Of a DNA stretch of 64,000 nt, positions 29,082 through 38,101 are shown one piece after another. The stretch is from Treponemataceae bacterium. Lineage in GTDB: Bacteria; Spirochaetota; Spirochaetia; Treponematales; Rectinemataceae. The position numbers were made by a program, and so were the translations under genes. Under the pieces are notes generated by a model. That model made no database searches. It saw only the letters and a list, made by a program, of their open reading frames with translations, and was not told where the DNA came from. Location of the stretch: NCBI GenBank assembly GCA_963677895.2, contig CAXXGJ010000038.1:128001-192000 (forward strand), given 5' to 3'. Within the stretch, counting starts at the first letter, position 1; every line of letters begins with the position of its first letter.

Positions 29082-30803
29082 ATGAGCGACGAAGAAAGGA
29101 AAGAAGAGGGGTTCGCTGATTTTATCCGCGAGGCCGTTGCGAAAGACCTGGCCGAAGGGAAAACGAAGGAAGTCCATACGAGATTTCCTCCAGAACCCAA
29201 CGGTTGGCTGCATATCGGCCACGCCAAAGCCATCTATGTGGATTTCGGCACCGCCCAGAGTTTCGGCGGGAAATGTAATCTCCGTTTTGACGACACCAAT
29301 CCTGAAAAAGAAGACCTCTCTTATGTGGAAGCCATAAAGCGCGACGTAAGCTGGCTGGGCTACGACTGGGAAGACAGGCTGTTCTTCGCTTCGGACTATT
29401 ACGAAAAGCTCTACGAACTGGCTTGTCTCCTCATTCGAAAAGGCCTGTCTTATGTCGACGATCTCGATGAGGAACAGATAAAGGAATACAGGGGAACCAA
29501 CGTTCCCGATAAAAACAACATCACCTATACGCCTCCAGGGAAAAACAGCCCCTTCAGGGACAGGTCGGTGGAGGAAAACCTCGACCTTTTCTCGAGAATG
29601 AGAGCGGGGGAATTCGCCGACGGTTCGAAAACCCTGAGGGCGAAGATAGACATGGCCCATCCCAATCTCCTCATGCGAGACCCTGTGATGTACAGGATCA
29701 GACGCGAGCCGCACTACAGAACCGGCACGAAGTGGTGCATCTACCCCATGTACGACTTCCAGCACCCGCTTTCGGACGCCATAGAAGGCGTTACCCATTC
29801 GCTCTGCTCCCTGGAATACGAGATACACCGGCCGCTCTACGATTGGTTCATAAGCAACTGCGGCGTGTTTCCTTCACGCCAGATCGAGTTCGCGCGCCTC
29901 AACATCACCCATACCCTTCTATCAAAGCGTCTGCTCATTCAGCTCGTCCGTGAGAAGAGAGTGTCGGGATGGGACGATCCGAGAATGCCTACCATTGCGG
30001 GATTGCGCCGCCGGGGCTATACCCCGGAAGCCATCAAGGATTTTCTCGGCCGCATCGGCATCGCCAAGACCGATTCCATGGTGGATATCCAACTCCTGGA
30101 GCATTGCGTGCGCGAAGATCTCAATAAAAAGGCGCCGCGCTTCATGGCGGTCCTGCGTCCCCTGGAACTGGTGATCGACAACTGGCCAGAGGGGCATATC
30201 GAGATGCTCGAAGCGGTAAACAATCCCGAAAACCCCGAAGCGGGCAAAAGAACGCTTCCTTTCTCGGGTAGACTCTATATCGAAAAGGACGATTTCAAGG
30301 AAATCCCGCCTCCCAAATACTTCAGGCTTTTTCCCGGCAACCAGGTCCGCCTCCGCTACGGCTATATCGTGACCTGTACCGGATTCGATAGGGACCCGGC
30401 CACGGGCGATGTCGTACGCGTGCACTGCAGCTACGATCCGGCCACGAAAGGCGGAGACGCTCCCGACAACCGCAAGGTCAAGGGAACGATTCATTGGGTT
30501 TGCGCCGACGGCGCCGTCCCTCTCGAAGCGAGGCTCTACGACAATCTATTCGCCGCCGAAAGACCCATGGATCTGCCAGCGGGAGGATCTTTCCTGGACA
30601 ATCTGTCCCCGAACTCGCTCGAGACCGTGCCAGGAGCCTTCGGCGAGCCCGCTCTGGCGGGAATCCAGCCAGGGCAGACGGTGCAGTTCGAGAGGCTTGG
30701 GTATTTCTGCGCCGATCCCGATTCGAAACTAGGGAAAACCCTTTTCAATAGGACCGTCACGCTCAGGGACAGCTGGGCGAAAATCGAGAAAAAGGGAAGT
30801 TGA
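29082..30803 (+). CDS. glnS: Glutamine--tRNA ligase
   Basis: TRFPPEPNGWLHIGHAK, RFDDTNP, WDDPRMPT, KVKGTIHWV and QFERLGYF motifs. Confidence 0.97.
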   Translation: MSDEERKEEGFADFIREAVAKDLAEGKTKEVHTRFPPEPNGWLHIGHAKAIYVDFGTAQSFGGKCNLRFDDTNPEKEDLSYVEAIKRDVSWLGYDWEDRLFFASDYYEKLYELACLLIRKGLSYVDDLDEEQIKEYRGTNVPDKNNITYTPPGKNSPFRDRSVEENLDLFSRMRAGEFADGSKTLRAKIDMAHPNLLMRDPVMYRIRREPHYRTGTKWCIYPMYDFQHPLSDAIEGVTHSLCSLEYEIHRPLYDWFISNCGVFPSRQIEFARLNITHTLLSKRLLIQLVREKRVSGWDDPRMPTIAGLRRRGYTPEAIKDFLGRIGIAKTDSMVDIQLLEHCVREDLNKKAPRFMAVLRPLELVIDNWPEGHIEMLEAVNNPENPEAGKRTLPFSGRLYIEKDDFKEIPPPKYFRLFPGNQVRLRYGYIVTCTGFDRDPATGDVVRVHCSYDPATKGGDAPDNRKVKGTIHWVCADGAVPLEARLYDNLFAAERPMDLPAGGSFLDNLSPNSLETVPGAFGEPALAGIQPGQTVQFERLGYFCADPDSKLGKTLFNRTVTLRDSWAKIEKKGS

Positions 30804-30892
30804 GCGCCGTAAAACAGCCCAACCCCTTATAAATAATCCGTTCGCTTTTTCTGCGGGCGGCGAGATACGGGTATTCTGTTTCAGGAGGAAGC

Positions 30893-32032
30893 ATGAGAAC
30901 GCGTTTTACGAAGGTGATGGTATCGGTGATGGCGGTTTTGGCCGCTTTCGCGATGATATCCTGCGGCGGCAAGAACTCAAAGGAGATCAAGATCGGTTCC
31001 GTGAACCCGCTCTCCGGCGAGGCCGCCACCTATGGCACTTCGACCAAGAACAGCGTTGAGCTGGCGACAGCCGAGTGGAACGCTGCCGGTGGCATCAATG
31101 GCAAACAGATAAAGCTGATCATTGAAGACGACAAGGCTGATCCAGCCGAAGGCGCAACGGTCTTTCGCAAGCTCATCGAGCAGGATAAGGTAGTCGCCAT
31201 CATCGGCGGCATCACCTCCCGCGTCGCCCTCGCCGCGGCACCGGTCGCGAACGATGCCAAAATCCCCCTCATCACCCCCACGGCTACCAACGAGAAAGTG
31301 ACCCAGATCGGCGAATACGTTTTCCGTTCCTGCTTCATCGACCCCTTCCAGGGCAAGGTTATGGCGAAATATGTCGCCGGGGATATGGGCATCAAGAACG
31401 CCGGCATCATCTTCGATGTGGGCAACGACTATTCGAAGGGTCTCTCCGAGACCTTTACGCAGTCGTTCGAGGCGCTTGGCGGAAAAATCATCGCCAATGA
31501 AGGCTACCCCTCCGGCACAACCGATTTCAAAGCCCAGCTGACCAAGATCGTCCAGGCCAAGCCTGAATGCCTCTACATCCCCGCCTATTATTCCGACGTC
31601 GGCCTCATCACCAAACAGGCGCGCGAGCTCGGCTTCAAAGGCACTTTCGTGGGAGTCGACGGCTGGGATTCTTCAGACCTCGTGAAGATCGGCGGCGACT
31701 CGGTCGAAGGCGGTATCTTCACCAACCACTATTCCAAGGATGACGCTTCCGAAGTGGTGCAGAGCTTCGTGAAGAAGTACACCGATAAGTACGGCGTCGC
31801 ACCCGACGCTCTCGCCGCGCTTGCCTACGATGCGACAAACATCCTCTACGACGCGATAAAGCGCGCCGGCAACACAAAGCCGGACGCCATCCGCGACGCG
31901 CTCAAGGCAACCGATCTCGCTTGCGTGGGCGGCCAGATCAAGTTCGACGAGTTCCGCAACCCAGTCAAGTCGGCAGTCATCATCGAGATGAAGGGTGGCC
32001 AGCAAGTCTACAAGGCCACGGTCAATCCTTAA
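30893..32032 (+). CDS. LivJ/LivK-like branched-chain amino acid ABC substrate-binding lipoprotein (stand-alone)
   Basis: Lipobox MISC and type-1 PBP motifs (PLSG, GGINGK, FRSCFIDPFQG, DFKAQL). Confidence 0.88.
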   Translation: MRTRFTKVMVSVMAVLAAFAMISCGGKNSKEIKIGSVNPLSGEAATYGTSTKNSVELATAEWNAAGGINGKQIKLIIEDDKADPAEGATVFRKLIEQDKVVAIIGGITSRVALAAAPVANDAKIPLITPTATNEKVTQIGEYVFRSCFIDPFQGKVMAKYVAGDMGIKNAGIIFDVGNDYSKGLSETFTQSFEALGGKIIANEGYPSGTTDFKAQLTKIVQAKPECLYIPAYYSDVGLITKQARELGFKGTFVGVDGWDSSDLVKIGGDSVEGGIFTNHYSKDDASEVVQSFVKKYTDKYGVAPDALAALAYDATNILYDAIKRAGNTKPDAIRDALKATDLACVGGQIKFDEFRNPVKSAVIIEMKGGQQVYKATVNP

Positions 32033-32060
32033 TCAGTCATCAGCCGCCTCTGGCGGGACG

Positions 32061-32097
32061 AGGGCCGCGCGGGAAGATCCGCGCGGCCCTTTCTTTT
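32061..32097 (+). terminator. Intrinsic terminator after the livJ-like gene
   Basis: agggccgcgcgg-gaagat-ccgcgcggccct followed by ttctttt. Confidence 0.85.
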
Positions 32098-32364
32098 ATC
32101 CGGGGCGCGATTATCGCGCGGAGCTAGCAGTGCCCCGTGGAAATCGCCTATAATCGCCACCAAAGCCGCGGGCAGCCATCGAGCCACCAGCGGCCACCTT
32201 CGGGACATCGGCGCGCTTTTAAGAGCCAGTTCGCCGACCAAGCCCCGTCAAGGCGCGCCGCCGTAACCGTCGGCGGTGCGAAAGCAGGGCTCGCGAAACA
32301 AAATACGTTTCGCACGCCGATTCCTCAAGCTAAGCTCCCGGAATCGGCGTACAGGAGTTATTTC

Positions 32365-33714
32365 ATGGACAACAGCATCAGCATGGAGAAGATCGTCTCC
32401 CTGGCCAAGCGGCGCGGCTTCGTCTTCCAGTCGTCGGAAATCTACGGCGGACAGTCCGGAGCCTGGGACTATGGTCCCATGGGCGTCGAACTGAAGAACA
32501 GGATCGCGCGGTTCTGGTGGAAGGAGATGACCCAGCTCCATGACGACATCGTCGGCCTCGACGCCGCCATCCTCATGCATCCCCGTGTCTGGGAAGCCTC
32601 CGGCCACGTCGAGAACTTTACCGACCCCCTCGTGGACTGCAAGAAGTGCAAGCAACGCTTTCGCGCGGACCTGATAGACCCGGAGAAGCTGGCAAAGAAA
32701 ATATGCCCCGAGTGCGGCGGCGAACTCACCGACACCCGCAAGTTCAACCTCATGTTCAAGACGAACATCGGCCCCGTGGACGACGGCTCAGGCCTCATCT
32801 ACCTCCGCCCCGAGACGGCCCAGGGCATCTACATCAACTACAAGAATATCGTCCAGTCCAACCGCATGAAGATTCCCTTCGGTATCGCCCAGATCGGCAA
32901 GGCCTTCCGCAATGAAATCGTCACCAAGAACTTCATCTTCCGCACCTGCGAGTTCGAGCAGATGGAGATGCAGTATTTCGTGAAACCAGGCGAGGACGAG
33001 AAGTTCTTCGACTACTGGAGAGAGCAGCGCTGGGCTTACTACGCCAAGCTCGGCGTTCGCATGGACAAGCTGCGCTGGCACCGCCACGGCCCGGACGAAC
33101 TCGCCCACTACGCCAAGGACGCCTACGACATCGAATATGAATTTCCCATGGGTTTCAAGGAGCTCGAGGGCGTCCACAACAGGACGAACTTCGACCTCAA
33201 CCGCCACCAGGAATTCTCCGGAAAGGATCTCCAGTACATCGACCAGGACGACGGGAACGCGCGCTACATTCCCTTCATCATCGAGACGAGCGCCGGGCTC
33301 ACGAGGCAGCTCCTCATGGTTCTCTGCGACGCCTACGAAGAGCAGAAGGTGGCCGACAAGGGTACGGACGACGACTGGAGAACAGTGCTCCACTTCCATC
33401 CCACGCTCGCGCCCATCACGGTCGCTGTCCTCCCTCTTATGAAGAAGGATGGCTTGGCCGAGCTCGCCAAGGATATCCGTGCCGAGCTCAAGGAAGATTT
33501 CTCGACCGACTACGATCAGGGCGGCGCCATCGGCCGCCGATACAGGCGCCAGGACGAGGTGGGAACGCCATTCTGCGTCACCATTGACTACCAGACGAAA
33601 GAAGACGGCACCGTCACCGTGCGCGACCGCGACACGATGCAGCAGGAGCGCGTCGCCGTTTCCGAGCTGTCAGGTTATATAAGAGCCAGGATCAAGGCAT
33701 ACAAGCGGGCATAA
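32365..33714 (+). CDS. glyQS: Glycine--tRNA ligase, alpha2 type
   Basis: KRRGFVFQSSEIYGG, YLRPETAQG, FRNE, EFEQME and IGRRYRRQDEVGTP. AGGAG SD before ATG 32365. Confidence 0.97.
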   Translation: MDNSISMEKIVSLAKRRGFVFQSSEIYGGQSGAWDYGPMGVELKNRIARFWWKEMTQLHDDIVGLDAAILMHPRVWEASGHVENFTDPLVDCKKCKQRFRADLIDPEKLAKKICPECGGELTDTRKFNLMFKTNIGPVDDGSGLIYLRPETAQGIYINYKNIVQSNRMKIPFGIAQIGKAFRNEIVTKNFIFRTCEFEQMEMQYFVKPGEDEKFFDYWREQRWAYYAKLGVRMDKLRWHRHGPDELAHYAKDAYDIEYEFPMGFKELEGVHNRTNFDLNRHQEFSGKDLQYIDQDDGNARYIPFIIETSAGLTRQLLMVLCDAYEEQKVADKGTDDDWRTVLHFHPTLAPITVAVLPLMKKDGLAELAKDIRAELKEDFSTDYDQGGAIGRRYRRQDEVGTPFCVTIDYQTKEDGTVTVRDRDTMQQERVAVSELSGYIRARIKAYKRA

Positions 33715-33780
33715 AAAACACAGTCGACGATTTGGTCATCATCGATGCAGGAAGAGCATTGGTGGGCTGAAACGAAAACA

Positions 33781-33815
33781 AAAGAGAGCCGCGGCTAGAA
33801 GCCGCGGCTTTTCTC
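33781..33815. terminator. Bidirectional terminator between glyQS and hup
   Basis: aaagagagccgcggct-aga-agccgcggcttttct. Confidence 0.8.
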
Positions 33816-33816
33816 G

Positions 33817-34116
33817 TTATTTTCCGAGAACGCCTTCTTTGCAGGCTTTGGACACAGTGAATTTTACCGCTGTCTTGGCCGGGATCTTGATCGTTTCGCC
33901 GGTAGCGGGATTCCTGCCAGTGCGGGCCTTGCGCTTGGCGAGCTTCAGGATTCCGAAGCCGGGAAGCGTAAACTTCTTGTTTTTTTTCACTTCTTTGTAA
34001 GACACTTCGGCTAGAGCCTCAAGAAAGCCCTTCACGTCTTTTTTGGTCATACCGGTCTTCTCGGAAAGCGTGGTCACTAGCTGGGCTTTTGTCATCGCTG
34101 TTCCATTCGTCGCCAT
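33817..34116 (-). CDS. hup: HU-family DNA-binding protein
   Basis: MTKAQL, LPGFG and RKARTGRNPATGETIKIPA motifs. Confidence 0.95.
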   Translation of the reverse strand: MATNGTAMTKAQLVTTLSEKTGMTKKDVKGFLEALAEVSYKEVKKNKKFTLPGFGILKLAKRKARTGRNPATGETIKIPAKTAVKFTVSKACKEGVLGK

Positions 34117-34331
34117 GGTTCATCTCCTTGAAGGAATCTCTGGGTCCAAACCGGTAAATGGCGCTTTGCCAGAGGGCTTCGCGCACATTGCAACACGGTT
34201 CTATATGGCAATAATAGCACATGTGGAAAGAAAAATAAAATAATATTTGCGTAGTATTGGAAATATGCGTCGTAGATATTGAGAAAATAACGTCATCATC
34301 GATATACTGCCCTTCAAGGCAAGGAGATCTC

Positions 34332-35564
34332 ATGAATAAAGCGCTAGAAATACTGAAAGAACGAGGGTTCATCCAGCAATGCACGGACATGGAAGGATTG
34401 TCCAAACTCATGGACGAAGGACCTATCACTCTGTATGAAGGCTGCGATCCCACAGGACCTTCGTTGCATATCGGGCATATGGTGCCCTATTTCGCGATCA
34501 GGCATCTCCACGAAGCCGGAAACAACGCCATCGTCCTGATGGGCGGCGGAACGGCGCGGATAGGCGATCCTTCCGGCAAGACGACCATGAGACAGATCAT
34601 CAGCTATGAGGAGATCGACGCCAACGCCAGCCGCTTTCTCGCGCAGCTTGACAATTTCATGTCCTTCGACGGGAAGACCCTGTACTCGGACAACAATAAG
34701 AACTGGCTGGCCGATCTCAACTACATCGACTTCCTCCGCGATATAGGCAGGCATTTCTCCGTCAACCGGATGCTCTCCTTCGAAGCGTACAAGATGAGGC
34801 TGGAAACTGGCCTTTCGTTCATTGAATTCAACTATCAGCTCCTGCAGAGCTATGATTTCCTCCAGCTCTACAAGCGTCACGGCTGTCGTCTCCAGGTGGG
34901 CGGGGATGACCAGTGGGGCAACATCGTGGCCGGCATCGAGCTCATCCGCAGAGTGGAAGGAGCCGAGTGCTTCGGCCTCACTTTCCCTCTCGTGACGACC
35001 AGCGACGGCAAGAAGATGGGCAAGACGGAGAAGGGAGCTCTCTTCCTCGATCCGTCCATGACGAGCCCCTACGAATTTTTTCAATATTGGCGCAACGTCC
35101 AGGACGCTGACGTCGAACGATTCCTTCTGATGTTCACCTTCCTGCCCGCCGATGAATGCAGGCGACTGGCTAAGGGTGTCGACGCCGAGATCAACAAGGC
35201 GAAGGAAAAGCTCGCTTGGGAAGTCACGGCGATAATCCATGGCAAGGAAGAGGCCGACAAGGCCCTGCAGGCGGCCAAGGCGGCCTTCGGCGGCGCCGGT
35301 CTGGGCGATGTGGGGGAAATCCCTTCGGTGGCGATAGCGGCGGCTAGGCTGGACGCGGGAATCACCGTGCTGGATCTTTTCCTAGAGGCGAAGCTTGTCG
35401 GTTCCAAGAGCGAAGCCAGACGCCTCGTCCAGCAGGGCGGTGCCTCCGTGAACGGCGTGAAAGTCGCCGACGAGTCGGCGGTATTCTCGACGAAGGATAT
35501 TGCGGAGGGCGCCCTGTTCCTGCGAGCCGGAAAAAAACGCGTCTGCAGGGTGGTTTTGGAGTAG
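34332..35564 (+). CDS. tyrS: Tyrosine--tRNA ligase
   Basis: GCDPTGPSLHIGH, QVGGDDQWGNI, KMGKT and a C-terminal S4 domain. Confidence 0.97.
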   Translation: MNKALEILKERGFIQQCTDMEGLSKLMDEGPITLYEGCDPTGPSLHIGHMVPYFAIRHLHEAGNNAIVLMGGGTARIGDPSGKTTMRQIISYEEIDANASRFLAQLDNFMSFDGKTLYSDNNKNWLADLNYIDFLRDIGRHFSVNRMLSFEAYKMRLETGLSFIEFNYQLLQSYDFLQLYKRHGCRLQVGGDDQWGNIVAGIELIRRVEGAECFGLTFPLVTTSDGKKMGKTEKGALFLDPSMTSPYEFFQYWRNVQDADVERFLLMFTFLPADECRRLAKGVDAEINKAKEKLAWEVTAIIHGKEEADKALQAAKAAFGGAGLGDVGEIPSVAIAAARLDAGITVLDLFLEAKLVGSKSEARRLVQQGGASVNGVKVADESAVFSTKDIAEGALFLRAGKKRVCRVVLE

Positions 35565-35628
35565 AAGCCAAGGCTCAGGATGCACGCCGCCTGAGCGCAT
35601 GCCGTTGAAGCGTCGGGCTCCTTTATCG

Positions 35629-36615
35629 TCAGGCTTGGTCTTCCGCCTTTTTCTGCAGTTCCTTTCTACGTTTGCGGTATTCCATGATGGGCTTGTCGCC
35701 CTGGAAAAGATTCTCCCCTATGCCGATCCCCGACGCCTTGGGCATTTGCGTCCGCACCACGGTTCTGTCCTGGTGGGCAACAAGAAGGTTGAAGGGCATG
35801 GCGGCTTTCGCTATCAAGTCGCCCAGAAGGGGAATGAGGGCGAAGGCCTGGTAAAATCGCAGATAGAGCAGGGTATGTTCGCCGTCCACGGGGACGAAAG
35901 CGCCCAGGACTCTCACTTTGTCGGCGATCCGGTTTTCCCAGAGATTGGGGTAGATGAATTCGAGCTTGAATCCATTTGGATTCGGGGTTGGAACCTGCGT
36001 CGGCGTTTTGGGCTTCTGACCAGAATCTACTTCGTTGTATACATACATGAAGAACTTGTCGGGGCTCGCCCATTCGAAGCCGGGGCCGTTGACGAGAGTC
36101 TTGTTGCCGCGGCCTATGGTGTTGTGGTGGACGAAGGGAAGATGGACGCAGTCGATCTGGTTCTCGATCACGCGAGAGTAATGCGCGTCCCAGGGATCGA
36201 TGACGGTGGCATATTGGGCGTTCGGGGGAATGTCGTCAAAAAACGCCGGAACCGAGGGGGAGGGCCCGCCTTCGCCCCACCAGATCCAGATAAAGCCATG
36301 ATCCTCATGGGTGGGATAGCTTCGTACCTTGAAATTGGGCGGAACGGCCGCTGCCTTACCGTTGGCGGGGATCACCGTGCATTTGCCCGAAGCGTCGTAG
36401 CGGAGTCCATGGAAGGGGCACATTATCGTATCATCATCGCAGGTCTCGCCAATGGAGAGCGCCACGCCGCGGTGAGCGCATTTATCAGCGAGGCAGATCG
36501 CTTCACCTTTCGCGGAACGGAAGAAGACGAGCTTTTCGCCCAGGCGCGTAACGCCGATGGGGGTCTTTCCCACTTGGCGCGAAGAGAGCACCACATACCA
36601 TTGATTTGGAATCAC
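35629..36615 (-). CDS. Rieske non-heme iron oxygenase alpha subunit (VanA-like)
   Basis: Rieske ligands CAH...CPFH, mononuclear Fe motif ENQIDCVHLPFVH and a distal QD. AAGGAG SD before the GTG. Confidence 0.9.
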   Translation of the reverse strand: MIPNQWYVVLSSRQVGKTPIGVTRLGEKLVFFRSAKGEAICLADKCAHRGVALSIGETCDDDTIMCPFHGLRYDASGKCTVIPANGKAAAVPPNFKVRSYPTHEDHGFIWIWWGEGGPSPSVPAFFDDIPPNAQYATVIDPWDAHYSRVIENQIDCVHLPFVHHNTIGRGNKTLVNGPGFEWASPDKFFMYVYNEVDSGQKPKTPTQVPTPNPNGFKLEFIYPNLWENRIADKVRVLGAFVPVDGEHTLLYLRFYQAFALIPLLGDLIAKAAMPFNLLVAHQDRTVVRTQMPKASGIGIGENLFQGDKPIMEYRKRRKELQKKAEDQA

Positions 36616-36655
36616 ACCGATCTCCTTCTATGTGGCTATAGTCAATGTATTTAGG

Positions 36656-37315
36656 TTATACAATTTCATACATATTCGAGAGCTTTTCCCTTATTTTCGG
36701 GCGAATTTCCTCGTCGCGGCGGCCAAAAGCGACCACAATACCCACCGTCCAGTCTTTTTCGCTCTTATCAAGAGCCGCCAGAACTCCGGCTTCGTCGAAG
36801 CCTTCTATTGGGCATGAGTCGAGACCAGCCGCGGCCGCGCCCGTCATCATGTTGGCGCAGGCGATGTAGGTCTGGGTCCGAGCCCAATGGAGGATTCGGC
36901 CTTCCTTCATAAGAAAATCATGGTAGCCTTTGTAGTCGGCCTCGAAGACGGGGTAGCCTCCCGGAAAGCGTTCGGCTCTTTGCGTCAGGAACGCCGAACC
37001 CAGGCTGTAAGCGGCTTCCTTGCGCGTAAGGATGACGATGACGCAGGGACTCGTGTAGACGGCGTCCTGGGCAAAGCAGGCATCTCCCAAGGCCTTGACC
37101 GACTTATGATTTGCAGCGACGACAAAGTGCCAGGGTTCGAGGCCGAAAGAGGAAGGGGAAAGCCTCCCGCATTCCAGCAGGAATTCAATCGCGTCGATGG
37201 CGAGCGGCAGGTCCTTCCTGAATCGCTTGCAGGCAAAGCGCTTCCTCATAGACTCGAGAAAACGCTCCGCCATTGCCGTATCCAAGGAAAATTCCATGGG
37301 AGGCATCGAGGGCAT
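36656..37315 (-). CDS. NAD(P)H-dependent nitroreductase-family flavoprotein
   Basis: RFACKRF, RLSPSSFGLEPWHF and GLDSCPIEGFD motifs. Start 37315 or 37297. Confidence 0.9.
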   Translation of the reverse strand: MPSMPPMEFSLDTAMAERFLESMRKRFACKRFRKDLPLAIDAIEFLLECGRLSPSSFGLEPWHFVVAANHKSVKALGDACFAQDAVYTSPCVIVILTRKEAAYSLGSAFLTQRAERFPGGYPVFEADYKGYHDFLMKEGRILHWARTQTYIACANMMTGAAAAGLDSCPIEGFDEAGVLAALDKSEKDWTVGIVVAFGRRDEEIRPKIREKLSNMYEIV

Positions 37316-37326
37316 CGGGGAATACC

Positions 37327-38085
37327 TTAAACCAAGTCCAACGCCACGTCGAACATGGAATTGAGGGAGGTTTGCCTTTCCTCGGGCGTCATTTCCTTCC
37401 TGGAGATGTTGGAATCCGAACAGGTAAGAAGGGTGAGCGCCTTTTTCTTGAGGTAGGCGGCGTTGCAGTAGAGGGCGAAACACTCCATGTCGGTGGCGGC
37501 GCAGCCCATCGACGCCCATTTCTTCCAGCCGTCCTCATCGTCGAGGGCGCTGTAAAGCGAAAAAACGTCCGAGGAGAATATGCCGCCTACCCAATGCTTG
37601 ATGCCGCGTTTTCGCGCCGACGCCACGGCTTTTTCAAGCAGGGAATAGCTGGCGCAGGGCGAGAAGGAGCCCTTCAGGCCATACTGGTGAGCGTAGTTCG
37701 AATCGGTGGACGCCGTCATCGCGATGACGATGTCTCCGACGTCGATATCGGCTGTCATGCCGCCGCAAGTGCCTATCCTGACGATGCTCTCGACGCCGTA
37801 GAAGGCGAAGAGCTCGAAGGAGTAGATGCCCATGGAGGGGGCGCCCATTCCGGAACTCATGACGGTCACGTCCTTGCCTTCCCATGTGCCGGTGAAACCG
37901 AGCATGTTCCGGACTCCGGTCACTTTTCTGGCGTTCTTCAGGCGGGTTTTCGCTATGTATTGGGCGCGCAGGGGGTCTCCGGGCATGAGCACTATGGGCG
38001 CGAAATCGCCTTTTTTCGCGGAATTGTGCGGCGTGCCGGAGGAAAAATGTTCCAGTTTTCTCTCATGAATTCTCGATGAATGCAT
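37327..38085 (-). CDS. deoD: Purine nucleoside phosphorylase (DeoD type)
   Basis: TPHN, LMPGDPLRA, VRNMLGFTG, GMGAPSMGIYSFEL and RIGTCGG. AAGGAG SD. Confidence 0.93.
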   Translation of the reverse strand: MHSSRIHERKLEHFSSGTPHNSAKKGDFAPIVLMPGDPLRAQYIAKTRLKNARKVTGVRNMLGFTGTWEGKDVTVMSSGMGAPSMGIYSFELFAFYGVESIVRIGTCGGMTADIDVGDIVIAMTASTDSNYAHQYGLKGSFSPCASYSLLEKAVASARKRGIKHWVGGIFSSDVFSLYSALDDEDGWKKWASMGCAATDMECFALYCNAAYLKKKALTLLTCSDSNISRKEMTPEERQTSLNSMFDVALDLV

Positions 38086-38101
38086 ATATTCTCCTTTTGA
38101 T

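Noticed and set aside
32155..32364. Canonical T-box or glycine riboswitch before glyQS
   Set aside because: No AGGGTGGnACC T-box, no terminator before the ATG and no GGAGA...CCGAAG glycine aptamer core. Kept only as an unknown structured leader.
32137..32364. Upstream start codons from the ORF track (glyQS 32137; likewise cca 24317, tyrS 34257, tig 17169, thiB 13768)
   Set aside because: The extensions lack family similarity, and downstream starts have SDs or match the conserved N-termini. The thiB extension runs through the riboswitch.
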